NCBI GenBank assembly: GCA_965224245.1
Contig: OZ245046.1
Coordinates: 2,016,001 to 2,080,000, forward strand
Direction of reading: 5' to 3'
DNA from: Candidatus Eiseniibacteriota bacterium
GTDB taxonomy: Bacteria; Eisenbacteria; RBG-16-71-46; CAZAMP01
DNA: 64,000 bases
Shown: positions 21,033 through 31,395 of the stretch, one piece after another
Numbering within the stretch: the stretch's first letter is position 1
Layout of the letters: each line of letters starts with the position of its first letter
Made by a program: the position numbers and the translations under genes
The notes under the pieces: generated by a model
What the model was told of the DNA's origin: nothing
Databases searched by the model: none
What the model saw: the letters and a program-made list of their open reading frames with translations, nothing else

Positions 21033-21454
21033 CACGCTTCTCGATCCTCCGCGTCGTGACCAAGATGCTGCTCCCGTACATCCTGCTGTTCGGGCTGTAC
21101 ACGCAGTTTCACGGGGACTACGGACCGGGCGGCGGCTTTCAGGCCGGCGTCATCTTCGGCGCGGGACTCGTCCTGTACGGGCTCGTGTTCGGTCTGCGCG
21201 CGCTCCGGGGCGTGGTCAGGCCCCGCTTTCTCGAGGCCCTGATCGCGCTCGGGGTCCTCCTGTACGCCGGCGTCGGCATCGCCGCACTCCTGGCCGGCGG
21301 TCACTACCTCGAGTACGCCGCCTTCGACCCGCATCACCCCCAGCACGGACAGCACTGGGGGCTGTTCCTGATCGAGCTCGGTGTCGGGATGACCGTCAGC
21401 GCGGTGACGGTCACGATCTTCTTCAACTTCGCGGGAAGACGGACGGACCGATGA
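21029..21454 (+). CDS. mrpB: Mrp subunit B
   Basis: HGDYGPGGGFQAG, IELGVG. Confidence 0.92.
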   Translation: MTRFSILRVVTKMLLPYILLFGLYTQFHGDYGPGGGFQAGVIFGAGLVLYGLVFGLRALRGVVRPRFLEALIALGVLLYAGVGIAALLAGGHYLEYAAFDPHHPQHGQHWGLFLIELGVGMTVSAVTVTIFFNFAGRRTDR

Positions 21455-21828
21455 CGCTCGCACACTACGACTACTGGGTCGTGATCTTCCTGATGATGAC
21501 CGGGTTCTACGTGGTCATCTCGCGCGGCAATCTGGTCAAGAAGGTGATCGGCCTCAACATCTTTCAGACGTCGGTGTTCCTGCTCTACATCACGCAGGGC
21601 AAGGTGCGCCACGGGACGGCGCCGATCCTGATCGACGAGGACGTCGTCTACTCGAACCCGCTGCCGGGCGTCCTGATCCTGACCGCCATCGTCGTGGGCG
21701 TGGCCACGACGGCGCTGGCCTGTGCGCTGATCATCCGGATCAACGAGGCCTACGGGACGATCGAAGAGGCCGAGATCACCGCCATCGATCGGGCCGAGGA
21801 CGTCGGGGAGGCGCCGCCCGATGCTTGA
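21451..21828 (+). CDS. mrpC: Mrp subunit C
   Basis: NLVKKVIGL, NPLPGVLILTAIVVG. Confidence 0.93.
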   Translation: MTLAHYDYWVVIFLMMTGFYVVISRGNLVKKVIGLNIFQTSVFLLYITQGKVRHGTAPILIDEDVVYSNPLPGVLILTAIVVGVATTALACALIIRINEAYGTIEEAEITAIDRAEDVGEAPPDA

Positions 21829-23299
21829 GCACCTTCCGGCGCTCCAGATCGTGGTGCCGCTGATGGCGGCGCCGCTGGCCATCGTGCTCAGGCAGCGCCA
21901 CGTGGTCACCGCGTTCGCGCTCGCGATCACCTGGCTCACGCTCGCGATGTCGGTGACGCTCCTGGGTCGCGTGCTCGACGGCGGTCCCATCAGCTATGCG
22001 CTGGGCGGGTGGGTGGCTCCGTGGGGCATCGAGTACCGGATCGACGTCCTGAACGGGTTCGTGCTGTGCTTCGTGTCGGGGATCGGGGCGCTGGTTCTCT
22101 CCTTCGCACCCAGGAGTCTGACCAGGGAGATCCCGCTCGAGCGCCACTACCTCTTTCTGTCCGCCTATCTCCTGTGCCTGACCGGTCTTCTCGGCATCGC
22201 CATCACCGGCGACATGTTCAACGTGTTCGTGTTCCTCGAGGTCTCCTCGCTCTCGTCGTACATCATGATCAGCATGGGTTCGACGCGCCGCGCGTTGACC
22301 GCGTCGTTTCACTACCTGGTGATGGGAACGCTGGGGGCCACGTTCCTGCTCATCGGCATCGGCCTGACCTACTCGATGACGGGCACGCTCAACATGGCCG
22401 ACGCGGCCGCGCGCGTGCAGGACGCGCTCGACACGCGGACGATGCTGGTGGCGTTCGCGTTCGTGACGGTGGGCGTGGGGCTCAAGATGGCCCTGTTCCC
22501 GCTCCACTCGTGGCTGCCGAACGCCTACGCATTCGCACCCTCGGTGGTGACGGCGTTCCTGGCGGCCACCGCGACCAAGGTCTCGGTCTACGTGCTGCTC
22601 CGCTTCGCGTTCACGATCTTCGGCCGCTCGTTCGCATTCGAGACGCTGCCCCTGGGACACATCCTGCTGCCGCTGTCGATCATCGCGATCTTCGTCACGT
22701 CCACGGTCGCCATCTTCCAGCGGAACGTCAAGCGCATGCTGGCCTACTCGAGCGTGGCCCAGGTGGGCTACATGGCGCTCGGGATCAGCCTGGCCTCGGT
22801 CTCGGGGCTCACCGCGGGCATCGTGCACCTGTTCAACCACGCGCTGATGAAGGGCGGGCTGTTCCTGGCCATGGGCTGCGTGTTCTGGCGGCTCGACTCG
22901 GTCGAGCTGTCGGACATGCGCGGCGTCGGACGCACGATGCCGGTGACGATGCTCGCGTGGGTCATCGGCGGCCTGGGACTGATCGGGGTCCCCCTGACCT
23001 GCGGCTTCGTCAGCAAGTGGGCGCTGATCAGCGCGACCCTGGAGCGCGGGACGTGGCTGGTGGCGGCCCTGATCCTCCTGAGCTCGCTCCTGGCCCTCGT
23101 GTACGTGTGGCGCGTGGTCGAGGTGGCGTACTTCCAGGCGCCCCCCGACGGCCGGACCGAGACTCGCGAGGCTCCCTGGGCGATGTTGATCCCCACCTGG
23201 ATCCTGATCGGGCTCACGATCTACTTCGGCCTCTCCACGTCGATGTCGCTGGACGTCGCGCGACGCGCCGCGGAGGCGCTTCTGGGAAGTGCATCGTGA
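21821..23299 (+). CDS. mrpD: Mrp subunit D (copy 1)
   Basis: GDMFNVFVFLE, GTLNMAD, LKMALFPLHSWLP, KRMLAYSS. Confidence 0.92.
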   Translation: MLEHLPALQIVVPLMAAPLAIVLRQRHVVTAFALAITWLTLAMSVTLLGRVLDGGPISYALGGWVAPWGIEYRIDVLNGFVLCFVSGIGALVLSFAPRSLTREIPLERHYLFLSAYLLCLTGLLGIAITGDMFNVFVFLEVSSLSSYIMISMGSTRRALTASFHYLVMGTLGATFLLIGIGLTYSMTGTLNMADAAARVQDALDTRTMLVAFAFVTVGVGLKMALFPLHSWLPNAYAFAPSVVTAFLAATATKVSVYVLLRFAFTIFGRSFAFETLPLGHILLPLSIIAIFVTSTVAIFQRNVKRMLAYSSVAQVGYMALGISLASVSGLTAGIVHLFNHALMKGGLFLAMGCVFWRLDSVELSDMRGVGRTMPVTMLAWVIGGLGLIGVPLTCGFVSKWALISATLERGTWLVAALILLSSLLALVYVWRVVEVAYFQAPPDGRTETREAPWAMLIPTWILIGLTIYFGLSTSMSLDVARRAAEALLGSAS

Positions 23300-24756
23300 A
23301 CCCACAGGACGCCATGCTGGCGGCCCTCACGCTGCCGCTCGTGCTGACCGGCGTGATCGGCCTCGTGGGGCGCCACGCGAACCTCCGCGAGAGCGTGATC
23401 ATCCTGGTCGCGGTGGCGACCTTCGGGCTCGTGGTGAGCCTGGTTCCCGACGTGAGCGCCGGCGGGCGACCGTCGGTGACCCTGTTCACGGTGATCTCGG
23501 GCATCGATCTGGCGTTCTCGCTCGAGCCCCTCGGTCTCCTGTTCGCGCTCGTCGCATCGGGCCTCTGGATCGTGACGTCGCTCTACTCGATCGGTTACAT
23601 GCGCGCCCACCACGAGGAGAACCAGACCCGCTTCTACGCGTGCTTCGCGCTGGCCATCTTCGCCGCGCTCGGAGCCGCCATGGCGGCCAACCTCTTCACG
23701 CTGTTCGTGTTCTACGAGCTCCTGACGCTCTCCACGTACCCCCTGGTCACGCATCACGGCACCGAAGCAGCTCGCCGGGGCGGGCGGACGTACCTCGGCA
23801 TCCTGCTGACCACGTCGGTCTGCTTCCTCCTGTTCGCGGTCATCTGGACCTGGCGCATCGCGGGGACGCTGGACTTCCAGCCGAGCGGCATCCTGGCCGG
23901 CAGGGCGTCCACGGGCACGATCGGTGTCCTCCTGGCCCTGTTCGCGTTCGGTACGGGCAAGGCGGCGCTGATGCCGTTTCACCGGTGGCTGCCGGCGGCG
24001 ATGGTGGCCCCCACGCCAGTGAGCGCGCTCCTTCACGCGGTGGCCGTGGTCAAGGCAGGTGTGTTCACGATCACCAAGGTGATCGTGTACGTGTTCGGGA
24101 TCGACCTGCTCGGCGGCAACGGGGCCAGCACGTGGCTCATGTACGTGGCCGCGGCCACGATCCTCCTGGCCTCTCTGGTCGCGATGACCAAGGACAATCT
24201 CAAGGCCCGGCTCGCCTACTCGACGGTCAGCCAGCTCTCGTACATCGTCCTCGGGGCCGCGCTGGCCAATGCGTCGGGCATCCTGGGCGGAGGCATGCAC
24301 ATCGCGATGCACGCCTTCGGCAAGATCACGCTCTTCTTCTGCGCGGGCGCCATCTACGTCGCCACGCACAAGACCGAGATCAGCGACATGCGCGGGATCG
24401 GTCGCATGATGCCGGTGACCACGTTCGCGTTCCTGATCGGCGCGATCAGCGTGATCGGGCTGCCGCCCATGGGAGGCAGCTGGAGCAAGTGGTACCTGGC
24501 GCTCGGAGCCGCCGACGCCCACCAGACCCTGCTCGTGGCCGTGCTGATGATCAGCTCGCTCCTGAACATCGCGTACCTGATGCCGCTGGTCGCCCGGGGC
24601 TTCTTCCTGGCGCCGCCCGGAGACGGTCCCGTGAGAATCACCGAGGCGCCGATCTTCTGCCTCGTGCCGCTGTCCCTGACGGCCGCCGGGTGCGTCGTGC
24701 TGTTCTTCTACGCCGACCGCGTGGTCGCGCTCTTGAGCCCGATCGTGGGGCGATGA
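23296..24756 (+). CDS. mrpD: Mrp subunit D-family (copy 2)
   Basis: GTG 23296 overlaps the upstream stop. KAALMPFHRWLPAAMVAPTPVSALLHAVAVVKAG, LKARLAYST. Confidence 0.9.
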   Translation: MNPQDAMLAALTLPLVLTGVIGLVGRHANLRESVIILVAVATFGLVVSLVPDVSAGGRPSVTLFTVISGIDLAFSLEPLGLLFALVASGLWIVTSLYSIGYMRAHHEENQTRFYACFALAIFAALGAAMAANLFTLFVFYELLTLSTYPLVTHHGTEAARRGGRTYLGILLTTSVCFLLFAVIWTWRIAGTLDFQPSGILAGRASTGTIGVLLALFAFGTGKAALMPFHRWLPAAMVAPTPVSALLHAVAVVKAGVFTITKVIVYVFGIDLLGGNGASTWLMYVAAATILLASLVAMTKDNLKARLAYSTVSQLSYIVLGAALANASGILGGGMHIAMHAFGKITLFFCAGAIYVATHKTEISDMRGIGRMMPVTTFAFLIGAISVIGLPPMGGSWSKWYLALGAADAHQTLLVAVLMISSLLNIAYLMPLVARGFFLAPPGDGPVRITEAPIFCLVPLSLTAAGCVVLFFYADRVVALLSPIVGR

Positions 24757-24766
24757 GGAGAGTTCG

Positions 24767-25054
24767 ATGAGCGACGACACGACACCTCGCCAGCCGGACA
24801 CACCACCGGCTCGCGACGAGAAGCGCTACTGGCTCGACGAGCCTCGAAACGTGACCACCATCGTGCGCCTTCTGGTCGCCGTCTGCGTGGCACTGGTCGT
24901 CGCCGACTTCTTCTATCACAAGCACACGCACTACGGAGCCGAGAAGCTCCCGGGCTTCTTCGCGTTCTTCGGGTTCGTGAGCGCGGTGTTTCTCGTGCTC
25001 ACCGCCAAGCAGCTGAGACGCATCCTGATGCGCGACGAGGACTACTATGACTGA
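24767..25054 (+). CDS. Small two-TM Mrp-associated membrane protein
   Basis: PGFFAFFGF..MRDEDYYD; coupled to the downstream gene inside the operon. Confidence 0.75.
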   Translation: MSDDTTPRQPDTPPARDEKRYWLDEPRNVTTIVRLLVAVCVALVVADFFYHKHTHYGAEKLPGFFAFFGFVSAVFLVLTAKQLRRILMRDEDYYD

Positions 25055-26753
25055 GGCGATTGCCGCCATTCCGCCCGGCGCGATCCTGATCCTCGGGGGC
25101 CTCCTGACGCCGCTCTGGCGCGGGCGCACGCAGCCCGTCTACCTGGTCGCGGTCGCCCTGGCCTCGCTCTGGCATCTGACGACGCTTCACGGTCTCGACG
25201 GCGCCGTGCACACGCTGACGGTCTTCGGCTACGACCTCGTCCCGGTGCGCGTCGACGCCCTGAGCCTCGTGTTCGGCACGATCTTCCACATCGCCGTGCT
25301 CCTCGGCGTGGTGTACGCCCTTCACGTGCGCGACACGCTCCAGCACGTTGCCGCGCTCGTCTATGCGGGCTCCGCCGTCGGGGCCGTGTTCGCCGGCGAC
25401 GTGATCACGCTCTTCGTCTACTGGGAGCTGACCGCCATCGCCTCGGTGTTCCTGATCTGGGCGCGCCGCACCCCGCGCGCGTACCGCGCCGGCATGCGCT
25501 ACCTCATCGTCCAGGTGGGCTCGGGAGTCCTGCTCCTGTCGGGCGTGATCTTCCGGTACCGGGACACCGGCTCGCTGGACTTCTCGCACATCGGCCTCGG
25601 CACGCTCGGAAACGACCTCATCTTCCTGGCGTTCGGGATCAAGGCCGCGTTTCCGCTGCTCCACAACTGGCTCCAGGACGCGTACCCCGAGGCGACCCCG
25701 ACCGGGACCGTCTTCCTGAGCGCGTTCACCACCAAGCTCGCGATCTACGCGCTGGCCCGCTCGTTCGCGGGGACCGAGATCCTCGTGTACCTGGGTGCGA
25801 TCATGACCGCGTTCCCGATCTTCTACGCGGTGATCGAGAACGACCTCCGCCGGGTGCTCGCGTACAGCCTCAACAACCAGCTGGGTTTCATGGTGGTGGG
25901 CGTCGGCATCGGGACCGAGCTGGCCCTCAACGGGACCGCCTCGCACGCGTTCGCGCACATCCTGTACAAGGCGCTGCTGTTCATGTCGATGGGCGCCGTC
26001 CTGCACCGCACCGGCACCGCGCTGGGCTCCGAGCTCGGCGGGCTCTACAAGTCCATGCCATGGACCACCGCGTTCTGCATCGTGGGCGCAGCCTCGATCT
26101 CCGCGTTCCCGTTCACGAACGGGTTCATCTCCAAGTCGCTGATCGTCTCCGCCTCGGCCGAGGAGCACTTCACGGTCGTGTTCTTCGTGCTCCTGTTCGC
26201 GTCGGCGGGCGTGTTCCACCACTCCGGAATCAAGATCCCGTTCTTCGCGTTCTTCGCCCACGACTCGGGCATCCGGTGCAAGGAGGCTCCGCCCAACATG
26301 CTGATCGCGATGGGCGTGACGGCGCTCCTGTGCCTGGGGATCGGGATCTTCCCGGGGCCCCTGTACTCGATCCTGCCCTATCCGGTTCACTACGAGCCCT
26401 ACACGGTCACCCACGTCATCACGCAGTACCAGCTGCTGATCTGGTCGGCACTGGCGTTCACGTTCCTGAAGCTGACGAAGCTCTATCCGCCCGAGCTGCG
26501 CTCGACGGTGCTCGACTCCGACTGGTTCTACCGGCGGCTCTATCCCGCGGTGGCGCTCGGCCTCGGGCGCACGGTCGCCGCGGCCGATGGCGCGCTCCGC
26601 GGCGCGGTGCTCTCGGTGCTCGAGCGGGGTCGGGGGTGGCTTCGCGCCACGTACGGTCCGGCCAGCCCCGTGGCCCGCACGTCGGCCACCGGCAGCGAGG
26701 TCATGTGGCTGACGGTGATCCTGGGCGCGTTCCTGATCATCTATCTCCTGTGA
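25047..26753 (+). CDS. Mrp subunit D/A-family (copy 3)
   Basis: FPLLHNWLQDAYPEAT, FTTKLAIY, RRVLAYS, HAFAHILYKALLFM. Confidence 0.88.
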   Translation: MTEAIAAIPPGAILILGGLLTPLWRGRTQPVYLVAVALASLWHLTTLHGLDGAVHTLTVFGYDLVPVRVDALSLVFGTIFHIAVLLGVVYALHVRDTLQHVAALVYAGSAVGAVFAGDVITLFVYWELTAIASVFLIWARRTPRAYRAGMRYLIVQVGSGVLLLSGVIFRYRDTGSLDFSHIGLGTLGNDLIFLAFGIKAAFPLLHNWLQDAYPEATPTGTVFLSAFTTKLAIYALARSFAGTEILVYLGAIMTAFPIFYAVIENDLRRVLAYSLNNQLGFMVVGVGIGTELALNGTASHAFAHILYKALLFMSMGAVLHRTGTALGSELGGLYKSMPWTTAFCIVGAASISAFPFTNGFISKSLIVSASAEEHFTVVFFVLLFASAGVFHHSGIKIPFFAFFAHDSGIRCKEAPPNMLIAMGVTALLCLGIGIFPGPLYSILPYPVHYEPYTVTHVITQYQLLIWSALAFTFLKLTKLYPPELRSTVLDSDWFYRRLYPAVALGLGRTVAAADGALRGAVLSVLERGRGWLRATYGPASPVARTSATGSEVMWLTVILGAFLIIYLL

Positions 26754-26796
26754 CGCGACCGGACGCGTCCGCGGGTGCTCGCCACGGCGCCTCGGA

Positions 26797-29700
26797 TCAC
26801 GGCAGGAGTACGACCCTCACGACGTCTCGGACGCCCTGCGTTCGGGCCTCCAGGAAGTAGACGCCGGCCGCGAGTCGTCGCCCCGGCACCGGCCAGGTCA
26901 GCGTGTTGCTCCCCGTCGTGAGCATCGCCGTCGTCGGCGTGCCGAGCCGCCGTCCGGCGACGTCGTAGACGCAGAGCTGGACGCGCCCGGCACGAGGAAG
27001 GGTCACCTGGACGCGGGGCAACCCCCGACCGGGGTTCGGACTCACGCGAACGCGCGGACGAGCCGGCGGGGGCCCCGCCTCGGCGATCTCCAGCAGCGAC
27101 CCGTTGGCCGCACCGGGTGACGGAACGGCGAACGTCGACCACGACGACGCACAGTCCGGCAGGCGCCCCCGGGACACGTTCGACGACTGGGGACCGAACC
27201 GGACCGAGTCCACCAGCGCGAGGCCGAATGGTCCCGGCTGGAACAGCCCGATCTCCTCCCCAGCCGCCGAGAGCGCGAACGGGGCGTGAAGCGCTCCCTG
27301 TCCGACGTCTCCATCGGCCCAGATGACCAGGTAGGCGTCCGGCTCCAGGAGGACGGGCGGCACCGACCACGCGGCGGGCTCGCCCAGATCGTCGGTCAGC
27401 GTCAGCCCGGCGGTGGACACCGTGGATGCCCCGCAGTTCCGGATCTCGATCCAGTCGTCGGTCTCGCCCGCCTCGTCGGTGTGACCGCTCGTGTTGCTGG
27501 CCAGGAACTCGTTGATGCGGAGCGCGACCGGGGCGAACCCGACCCGATATCGATGGCGTCCCCCTCCGACCTCGGCCGCGTCGAGAGGATCGTGCCGCGT
27601 GGCACCCGCGTCGTCGATGGCTTCCAGGAAGTACGCGACGTCGGTGCCGTCCGCGAATCCGGGGATCACGCCGCCGTAGACCCCGTCTCCGACGTCGCCA
27701 TCGCCGGAGACGCCGTCGTCGAGCAGTGCGATCGCTCCCGCCGGAACCCCGTCCACCTCCACGTGAACCGTCACGTCGGAGACCTCGCCGTCGTCGGTGA
27801 CGTGCGCGGTGAGGGCGACGGGCTCGGTCGGGCCGGGGTGCGTCGGCTCCCGGGAGACGTGGGTCACGACGGGCGCGAGATTCCCGGCGACGCTGTTCGC
27901 CGCGCCGGGCGTTGCCGTGGCGAACGACGTGATGAACCCGCTCCCGTCGGGGAACCGCCCCCACGACACGTCGGGGGCCAGGGGGCCGAAGCGAACGTGG
28001 TCGATCCGGCGGGCGCCGGCCACGACGCGATCGAACAGGGCGACCTCCTCCCCTTCCGCCGACAGCTTGAACCCCGCGTGAAGCGGCCCCTCCTCCGGCT
28101 CGCCGTCCAGCCAGACCATCATCCACTCTCCGGGACCGAGGGTGACGTCGGGAAACACCCACTTGTGCGGCTGGGTGACGTCGTCGGTGAGACCGACCCC
28201 TGCGAGGCCGAACGAAACACCGGTGGGGTTGAAGATCTCGACCCAGTCGTCGTGATCACCGAACTCGTCGGTGAGGGTCGTATCGTTCCGTGCCATGAGC
28301 TCGTTGACCACGACGAACCCGCCGGGATCCGGCGCGAAGCCGGGTATCTCCGTTCCCAGATGGGCGATGCGATCGGTCACGAACGTCTTCAGCTCCATCG
28401 GGCGCGCCAGGAAGCCGGCGCTGGACTCGAAGTCGATCTTGTGGATGTCCCGGATGCCCTCCAGCTCGATCTCGGCGAACAGGGAGTCGACGCTGGCCCA
28501 CATCACGGTCTCCTCGAACGGACCCTCGAGCGCCCGCGAGAGGTGCTGCACGTACGCGTATCGAAAGAGGTCCACGTCGAGGAGCCGGGTGATCAGGACG
28601 TTGTGGCCGTGGGCGTCGGGGGAGCCCGGGGTCCCGTGATCGATCGCTCGCTGGGCATCACGAAACGTGGAATCGAGGTCCCACGGCACGATCGACCACC
28701 GGCCGGTCGACCCGTCCCGGTGGAGAAAGTAGTTCTCACCGGTGAAGTCGTTGTTGGCGATGAGGATGTTCAGTGCGTACTCGGTCAGCACCTCGTCCAG
28801 CGCCACGTTCGCACCCACCCACGCCGGGAAGTCGGCCTCGGAGACCGAGTTCAGCTCCTCGATGAACGCGATGAGCGTGGCCAGGTCGCCGGGATCGCCG
28901 AGCTGGTTCTCGTACTGGGCACGATAGGCCGCGGCGCTTCCCAGCGGCACGAGCGTGTCGGAGCACTTGTAGAGATCCCCCGCCGGATCGAGGCCGACGC
29001 GTTCCAGGAAGCGCTCGTCCACGTCCTCCACCGCACCGAACACGCCGCGGTCGGTGTCGTTCAGGAACAGCCGACACGGACGGTTCGTCGGCGCGGGGAC
29101 GTCGAGTCGCGCCGCCAGGAGCAGCCCCAGTCGATTTCGAAGAAGGGAGTTGTCGCCGAAATCGCCGTTCAGGTTCAGCCGCGACTGCCCTTCGAACAGG
29201 ACGCCCTCGCCGAAATCCAGCTTGTAGGACTTCTTGTGGAGCTCTCTGGCGCTGTTGCCCCGGTAGCGGACCGCGGAGTACGGAAGCCCGTACCCGCCGT
29301 ACGCGAAGCGGCACGGAACCAGCTCGTCGGACCATACGTCGCGGTTCAGGTCCGTCAGCGCGTCGTCGGTCAGCGTGAGCGTGTACACCGGCAGCAACGT
29401 CGCGGTGCGCGGCAGCGCAGTGGCCTGGCCGACGGCGGACGCTGGGCCTTCGTTTCCGTACACGTCGCGCGCCGCGACGCGGTACGTGTACGGGACTCCG
29501 ACGTCCGCCGTCGCGTCGACGTGACGGCGCGGGAAGTCGTCGGTGACGGCGATCGGATCGAACTGGGTCCCGTCGGTGGAGCGGTAGATGACGTACCCGG
29601 CGATGTCGGCCGCCGTGGCCACGCCCCAGGTCAGGAGCGTCGCCTCGTAGAGATCGACCGCCGCGAAGGCGCCCGGAGCAGGCGGCGGCTCCGCGTCAGG

Positions 29701-30285
29701 GACCGCGGGCTCGACCTCGATGGCACCGACGAGCGGGGCTCCGGCGCCGGCGACGCCGCGAACCTCGAGCCGCCCGTCGTCGACGTCGACGAGCACCCGG
29801 CGCCGAAACGCGTAGTCCTTCTCGACGCGCGAGAATACGTCGAGCTCGTCCACGACGATCTCGTCCTCGGCTCGGATGTCGAACCGCCGAAAGCCCGGTC
29901 CGTGCTGGTCGATCTCCATCAGGTGCAGCGTCAGGACGTACGCGCCCGGAGCCAGGTCGAAGCGATACTCCCAGATCCCTTCCCGCCCGACCAGGTAGAG
30001 CTCTTTGTCCTGCGTGCCGCCGAGGAACCATCGACTGGTCAACGCGGACGCGAGAACCGAGCCCCCCACGTAGCCGTACCCGACGCCCGTGCTGTAGGCG
30101 CGATCGGCGACGAACGTCAGCCCGGCGACGGATTCGTATCCCTCGGTGGTGTCACCGCACTGAAGTCGCACGGTCTGTGCCGGACACGAGGTGGGACGAG
30201 CGCCCCAGAGTGCGATCGACGCGAGGACCGCCCCGAGCCACGAGGTCCGGGACACGCGTGGGAGTGCCGTCACGATCACCACCAT
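26797..30285 (-). CDS. Secreted malectin-FN3-CotH kinase-lamin tail (x2) protein with a T9SS/FlgD-type CTD
   Basis: Malectin-like N-terminus (ADRAY..YRFDLAPGAY..LHLMEI..RRFDI). CotH (RGNS..KKSYKLDF..GDLYK..NDF..NY..PWDLD). Two LTDs (NELMARN..DWVEIFN; INEFLASN..DWIEIRN). CTD (SPNP..YDVAGRR..AGVYF). Confidence 0.85.
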   Translation of the reverse strand: MVVIVTALPRVSRTSWLGAVLASIALWGARPTSCPAQTVRLQCGDTTEGYESVAGLTFVADRAYSTGVGYGYVGGSVLASALTSRWFLGGTQDKELYLVGREGIWEYRFDLAPGAYVLTLHLMEIDQHGPGFRRFDIRAEDEIVVDELDVFSRVEKDYAFRRRVLVDVDDGRLEVRGVAGAGAPLVGAIEVEPAVPDAEPPPAPGAFAAVDLYEATLLTWGVATAADIAGYVIYRSTDGTQFDPIAVTDDFPRRHVDATADVGVPYTYRVAARDVYGNEGPASAVGQATALPRTATLLPVYTLTLTDDALTDLNRDVWSDELVPCRFAYGGYGLPYSAVRYRGNSARELHKKSYKLDFGEGVLFEGQSRLNLNGDFGDNSLLRNRLGLLLAARLDVPAPTNRPCRLFLNDTDRGVFGAVEDVDERFLERVGLDPAGDLYKCSDTLVPLGSAAAYRAQYENQLGDPGDLATLIAFIEELNSVSEADFPAWVGANVALDEVLTEYALNILIANNDFTGENYFLHRDGSTGRWSIVPWDLDSTFRDAQRAIDHGTPGSPDAHGHNVLITRLLDVDLFRYAYVQHLSRALEGPFEETVMWASVDSLFAEIELEGIRDIHKIDFESSAGFLARPMELKTFVTDRIAHLGTEIPGFAPDPGGFVVVNELMARNDTTLTDEFGDHDDWVEIFNPTGVSFGLAGVGLTDDVTQPHKWVFPDVTLGPGEWMMVWLDGEPEEGPLHAGFKLSAEGEEVALFDRVVAGARRIDHVRFGPLAPDVSWGRFPDGSGFITSFATATPGAANSVAGNLAPVVTHVSREPTHPGPTEPVALTAHVTDDGEVSDVTVHVEVDGVPAGAIALLDDGVSGDGDVGDGVYGGVIPGFADGTDVAYFLEAIDDAGATRHDPLDAAEVGGGRHRYRVGFAPVALRINEFLASNTSGHTDEAGETDDWIEIRNCGASTVSTAGLTLTDDLGEPAAWSVPPVLLEPDAYLVIWADGDVGQGALHAPFALSAAGEEIGLFQPGPFGLALVDSVRFGPQSSNVSRGRLPDCASSWSTFAVPSPGAANGSLLEIAEAGPPPARPRVRVSPNPGRGLPRVQVTLPRAGRVQLCVYDVAGRRLGTPTTAMLTTGSNTLTWPVPGRRLAAGVYFLEARTQGVRDVVRVVLLP

Positions 30286-30408
30286 GTCAGGGAAGACGTT
30301 CGTCCGGTCGGGATCAGAATGCCGTCATGATACCGCGGATCGCCGCTCCTCGGGACTCCGGGACCGGGGACCGGGGACGAGACTCACCCGGTGCCGGGGC
30401 GCTCGGCG

Positions 30409-31251
30409 TCAATCGAGGGGCCGATCGGCCGGACCGGTCTCCGCGGTCCCGCCCGGATGGTCGTCCAGCTCCTCGAGGCGGATGAGCGCGTCGCGCGCCG
30501 CGAACTGCTCGGCCTCCTTCTTGTTCCGGCCGACACCGCTCCCGAGAACGGTGCCCCGGACCGCCACGTCCACGATGAACGTCTTGGCGTGGTCCGGGCC
30601 GTTCTCCTCGCGCACCCGGTACCGGGGCTGGCTGTGGGACGTGCTCTGCACGTGCTCCTGGAGCAGGCTCTTGAAGTTGAGATGGGTTCGGTCGGACAGG
30701 ATCCGCTCGGCGTCGGCCAGGAGCGAGCGCTCGATGAACAGGCGGGCGGCCGTCATGCCCTGATCGAGGTAGATGGCGCCCACGACGGCCTCGTAGCTGT
30801 CCGAGAGGATCGAGTCGCGATCACGTCCACCCGACTCGTGCTCGGCGTCGCTCAGCAGGAGGAAGCGCCCCAGCCCCAGCTCGCGCGACTTGCGGGCCAG
30901 TATCGCCCGGGAGACCAGAAGCGAGCGGTGCTTGGTCAGCTCGCCCTCGCGGCTCTCGGGGAACCGCCGGTACAGGAACTCGTTCACCACGAGTTCCAGG
31001 ACCGAGTCGCCCAGGAACTCCATGCGCTCGTTGGAGGAGATGTCGAGCGCCTGCTCGCCGACGTACGAGCGGTGCGTCAGCGCCTGGGACAGCAGCCGTC
31101 CGTCACCGAACCCGATGCCGAGCGCACGCTCGAACCCGGCCACGGCGGCCGCCGACGCCGACGCGTGCGCGATGCCGGGGTCGGGCCGGACGGGCGCCGG
31201 AGTCTGGGCCGGGCGCCACCGGCGTGTCAGTGCGCTAAGGAACCGCCTCAC
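30409..31251 (-). CDS. rnc: Ribonuclease III
   Basis: ALTHRSY, NERMEFLGDSVL, dsRBD (NFKSLLQE..GPDHAKTF..KKEAEQFAA). Confidence 0.96.
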   Translation of the reverse strand: MRRFLSALTRRWRPAQTPAPVRPDPGIAHASASAAAVAGFERALGIGFGDGRLLSQALTHRSYVGEQALDISSNERMEFLGDSVLELVVNEFLYRRFPESREGELTKHRSLLVSRAILARKSRELGLGRFLLLSDAEHESGGRDRDSILSDSYEAVVGAIYLDQGMTAARLFIERSLLADAERILSDRTHLNFKSLLQEHVQSTSHSQPRYRVREENGPDHAKTFIVDVAVRGTVLGSGVGRNKKEAEQFAARDALIRLEELDDHPGGTAETGPADRPLD

Positions 31252-31395
31252 GAGCCGATCTCCGACGGTGAACCGAGCGGTGCGAAGCCGACGCGATGGG
31301 CGCGAACGCGATCGGGCACGCCGAACGATCCGCCGCGCGCGGGCGGCCGCGCGGGCGGGTCGTCAGTCGAGTCGGGCGGCGCACGCCTCGACGTG

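Noticed and set aside
27286-30330. 1014-aa + strand ORF and similar long antisense ORFs (5746..8181, 30391..32454, 36868..39072, 39053..41164)
   Set aside because: Shadows of well-supported minus-strand genes.
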